Source: a virus
Taxonomy: Duplodnaviria; Caudoviricetes
Length of the DNA: 36,778 nucleotides
Virus record (IMG/VR): IMGVR_UViG_3300037484_000849
Location: 1 to 36,778 of that record
Reading direction: 5' to 3' (one strand)
Both the position numbers and the translations under genes were made by a program. The notes below the pieces were generated by a model. That model did not search any database, was not told where the DNA came from, and saw only the letters and a program-made list of their open reading frames with translations. Below, piece by piece: positions 34,618 through 36,778 of this stretch (position 1 is its first letter; every line of letters begins with the position of its first letter).

Positions 34618-34619
34618 CC

Positions 34620-35132
34620 ATGAAACGCGAGCGCTTTCTATGTCGCGCGCTCCGCGGCGGAATCACGCTCTACAGTGTAGAGCGCTACGCGCTCGGCGCC
34701 GAAGCGGCGCTAGCGGATTTCCGCGCCGAGTTAGTGCGACGCGCGGAGCACGCTGGCGCTAGCGTTTGCGTTGACCTACTCCCGCGCATAGACGTGAATC
34801 ACAGCGCGGCCGCGGTAGGCGCCAGCGTCGCGTGCGCCGAATGCGGGCGCATGCACGCGCTCTACTCGTCGACATTCGGCGATGAGCCTTTCCGTTTCTA
34901 CTGCCACGCGTGCGCGTGCGCCCGATGGGGCGCCGCGCGTGTCGAAGCGGCGCACGCCTACGCGTGCAAGCATGGGCGCGCGTACCCCACGCGGCAATGC
35001 TCAGAGTGTACCTGCGCGCATGGTCAAACGATCGGATGCCGCTATTGCGCGGAGCGCCGCGCCGCTTGGATCGCGGGCGAGCCTTGCCCGGATGCGCGCC
35101 ACGCGGCCGAGCTCGAAAGGGGGACGAAATGA
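34620..35132 (+). CDS. Cys-rich hypothetical protein
   Basis: CAEC, CHAC, CKHG..CSEC and CAHG..CRYC. ATG right after the upstream TAG. Confidence 0.55.
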   Translation: MKRERFLCRALRGGITLYSVERYALGAEAALADFRAELVRRAEHAGASVCVDLLPRIDVNHSAAAVGASVACAECGRMHALYSSTFGDEPFRFYCHACACARWGAARVEAAHAYACKHGRAYPTRQCSECTCAHGQTIGCRYCAERRAAWIAGEPCPDARHAAELERGTK

Positions 35133-35371
35133 AACCGCGTCGATTGTATGTTGGGATTCTGCCCGATGGCATGCGCCGAGTTTTTCGCTCTGCCCGCGTA
35201 CCGACGGACGCGACGCACGGGCGCGAATTCCTCGCTTGCATCGGTCCGTTTCGCACGCAAGGCGCTGCCGACTACATGGCAAGCTATGGCGGAGGAAATC
35301 CGCATTGTGTATGTGTCGCGGACGCGGAGTCGATCGTAAAAACCCTCAAGCGAAAGGCGAAGCAATGTTGA
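35129..35371 (+). CDS. hypothetical early protein
   Basis: RBS AAGGGGG and ATGA overlap. YVG...VFRS...PT..THG...IGPFRT...NPH. Confidence 0.6.
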   Translation: MKPRRLYVGILPDGMRRVFRSARVPTDATHGREFLACIGPFRTQGAADYMASYGGGNPHCVCVADAESIVKTLKRKAKQC

Positions 35372-35535
35372 CCCTCGGAATTCTCGCGCTCACTCTGGCG
35401 GCCGAAATCATACTCGGCGCGCTCGCCTTCGCGCGGCCGCGGATCGGTACTCCGCTCCGCCCGTCGCAAGCGGCGCGCGACGCGGAAATCCGCGCCCGAT
35501 GCTCGCCCGCGCAGGCTCGCTATCCCATGCACTAG
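35365..35535 (+). CDS. small single-TM protein
   Basis: MLTLGILALTLAAEIILGALAFA. Confidence 0.45.
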   Translation: MLTLGILALTLAAEIILGALAFARPRIGTPLRPSQAARDAEIRARCSPAQARYPMH

Positions 35536-35536
35536 C

Positions 35537-35614
35537 GCCGCAATTCGCGGCAGAGCGCCGCGAAACGTCACGCGCGGCAAGCGCAGCGCGCTCCGCGCAT
35601 GGCATGGCGATTGC
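35537..35614 (+). promoter_or_regulatory. sigma-54 promoter P3 with upstream tandem activator-like sites
   Basis: TGGCATGGCGATTGCG (GG 35601, GC 35613). 15-mers at 35537 and 35557. Intergenic. Confidence 0.8.
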
Positions 35615-35627
35615 GATAGGTGAGGCT

Positions 35628-35834
35628 ATGAAAACCCGGACACTGAAACAGGTTGAAACCGATATAGCGACGATCACGGCCGAAGCCGAGAAGCATTTGA
35701 CCGCATGGCGCAATCTGCGGGCGATGCCGACGGACTCAGATCGGCAGGCATTCGAGCGGCGCAAGAAAGCAATCGTCGCGAAGCTGGCGAAGCTGGAAGA
35801 CGAGCGCTTGAATGCCATTCTTGAGTCGGTCTAA
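35628..35834 (+). CDS. coiled-coil hypothetical protein
   Basis: MKTRTLKQVETDIATITAEAEK... TAATG-coupled to the next gene. Confidence 0.6.
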   Translation: MKTRTLKQVETDIATITAEAEKHLTAWRNLRAMPTDSDRQAFERRKKAIVAKLAKLEDERLNAILESV

Positions 35835-36256
35835 TGCAAATGATTGAAACCCTGCGAAACGGACTAGGCGAAGCGCTCCGCGCGTTCGCCACTCCGCGCT
35901 ACACCGTAGCGGATCGCGCGCCGAGCACGCTCGCCGAAGTGGCGGCGCACTACTCCGCGACGCATTCAATCTGTGTCTGGAGTGGCGAAAGCGAGTCGAG
36001 CATATGGGGCGCGCAGGGTAACTACAGGTTTCGCGCGTGGCATGATGCGCTGCACTTGTCGACTGGGATCGGTTTCGAGCCTATCCCGGAAATCGAAATC
36101 GGCCGCTATCAAGCGCGGATCGCGGGGCGCTATGGCGACGCGTTCGCGCGCCTTGTCGAAATCGAAACCGCGGGGCAAGCGGCGGAGTACTTGCGGACGG
36201 GCGGTTATGTCGTCGATCAAATCGCCTTCGCGATCGCATCGGGCGCGGGGCGCTAA
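35834..36256 (+). CDS. hypothetical phage protein with HDxxH motif
   Basis: NYRFRAWHDALHL...GF....E...IETAGQ, a possible zincin-like metal site. Confidence 0.6.
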   Translation: MQMIETLRNGLGEALRAFATPRYTVADRAPSTLAEVAAHYSATHSICVWSGESESSIWGAQGNYRFRAWHDALHLSTGIGFEPIPEIEIGRYQARIAGRYGDAFARLVEIETAGQAAEYLRTGGYVVDQIAFAIASGAGR

Positions 36257-36257
36257 C

Positions 36258-36778
36258 GTGTTCGCCACTCACAATCCGATTATCCGAGCCTTCGCGCAGT
36301 CGAGCGCCGAAGCGCTGGCGCATGTCGGAGTGTTCGTGCTCGCGACCATACAGAATCCGATCGAGCGCGCGGCCGAAGACGCGGCGCGCATCGCGCGGGG
36401 CGAAGCCGAGCCTAGCTCGCTTCCCCGATCGTTTTTCGGTTTCAAGGTACGCGCCGCCTACGCGCTACTGCGCGAGCGCGAATCGCTTTTCGCGGATGCC
36501 ATGGCAATCGGCGCGGGCGATCCGCTCGCGCTCACTCTGCGCTTTTCGCGCCTTGACGGTTTCGGACTAGTCAAGGCGGGGTTTTTCGTCCAGCTTGCTT
36601 TCGGCGTGAGCGGATGCCTAGACGGACACAATCTAGCGCGCTTCAATATCGACGCGGGCGCCTTCCGGATTCGCCCCATGTCAGAATCGAGCGGAGCGCG
36701 AAGCGAGCGCACGCGAGCGAAGCGCTGCGCGAAGTATCTCCGCACAGTCGAGCGCTGCGGGGGTACTGCGGCGCTCTG
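36258..36778 (+). CDS. HhH-GPD-like (DNA glycosylase-fold) protein, truncated by window end (not in ORF track)
   Basis: GTG 36258 open to the window end. LDGFGLVKAGFFVQL...GCLDGHNL resembles HhH (hxGhGxKxA) plus the downstream D-x-H of Ogg-type glycosylases. Confidence 0.6.
   Translation, partial: MFATHNPIIRAFAQSSAEALAHVGVFVLATIQNPIERAAEDAARIARGEAEPSSLPRSFFGFKVRAAYALLRERESLFADAMAIGAGDPLALTLRFSRLDGFGLVKAGFFVQLAFGVSGCLDGHNLARFNIDAGAFRIRPMSESSGARSERTRAKRCAKYLRTVERCGGTAAL

Noticed and set aside
1-36778. tRNA, rRNA, integrase, transposase or att site
   Set aside because: No recognisable signature seen, so lifestyle (temperate versus lytic) cannot be called from this window.

Overview
This window is part of a high-GC tailed-phage (siphovirus-type) genome. 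Positions ~70-31700 form one leftward (minus-strand) late region. In transcription order it holds small membrane/lipoprotein/SPFH genes, a repeat-built 617-aa protein and two paralogues, TerS-like and TerL terminase, portal, scaffold, a five-gene insert, major capsid, neck genes, major tail protein, a frameshifted tail chaperone, tape measure, a YuA/M6-type distal tail module, an M15 endolysin, a lipoprotein and a DUF1353-like gene. A ~1.2-kb AT-richer, repeat-laden non-coding region (31700-32800) separates this from a compositionally distinct rightward block of short early-type genes. Two observations stand out. (1) The rightward block has three near-identical regulatory units, each a sigma-54 (-24/-12) promoter with tandem 15-bp pseudo-palindromes 20 bp apart upstream and an almost leaderless ATG, which implies enhancer-dependent control of early genes. 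(2) An ~80-aa module has been copied in-frame into three different virion-type genes, sometimes nested inside related domains. All family assignments come from motif recognition and gene order, not from database searches.
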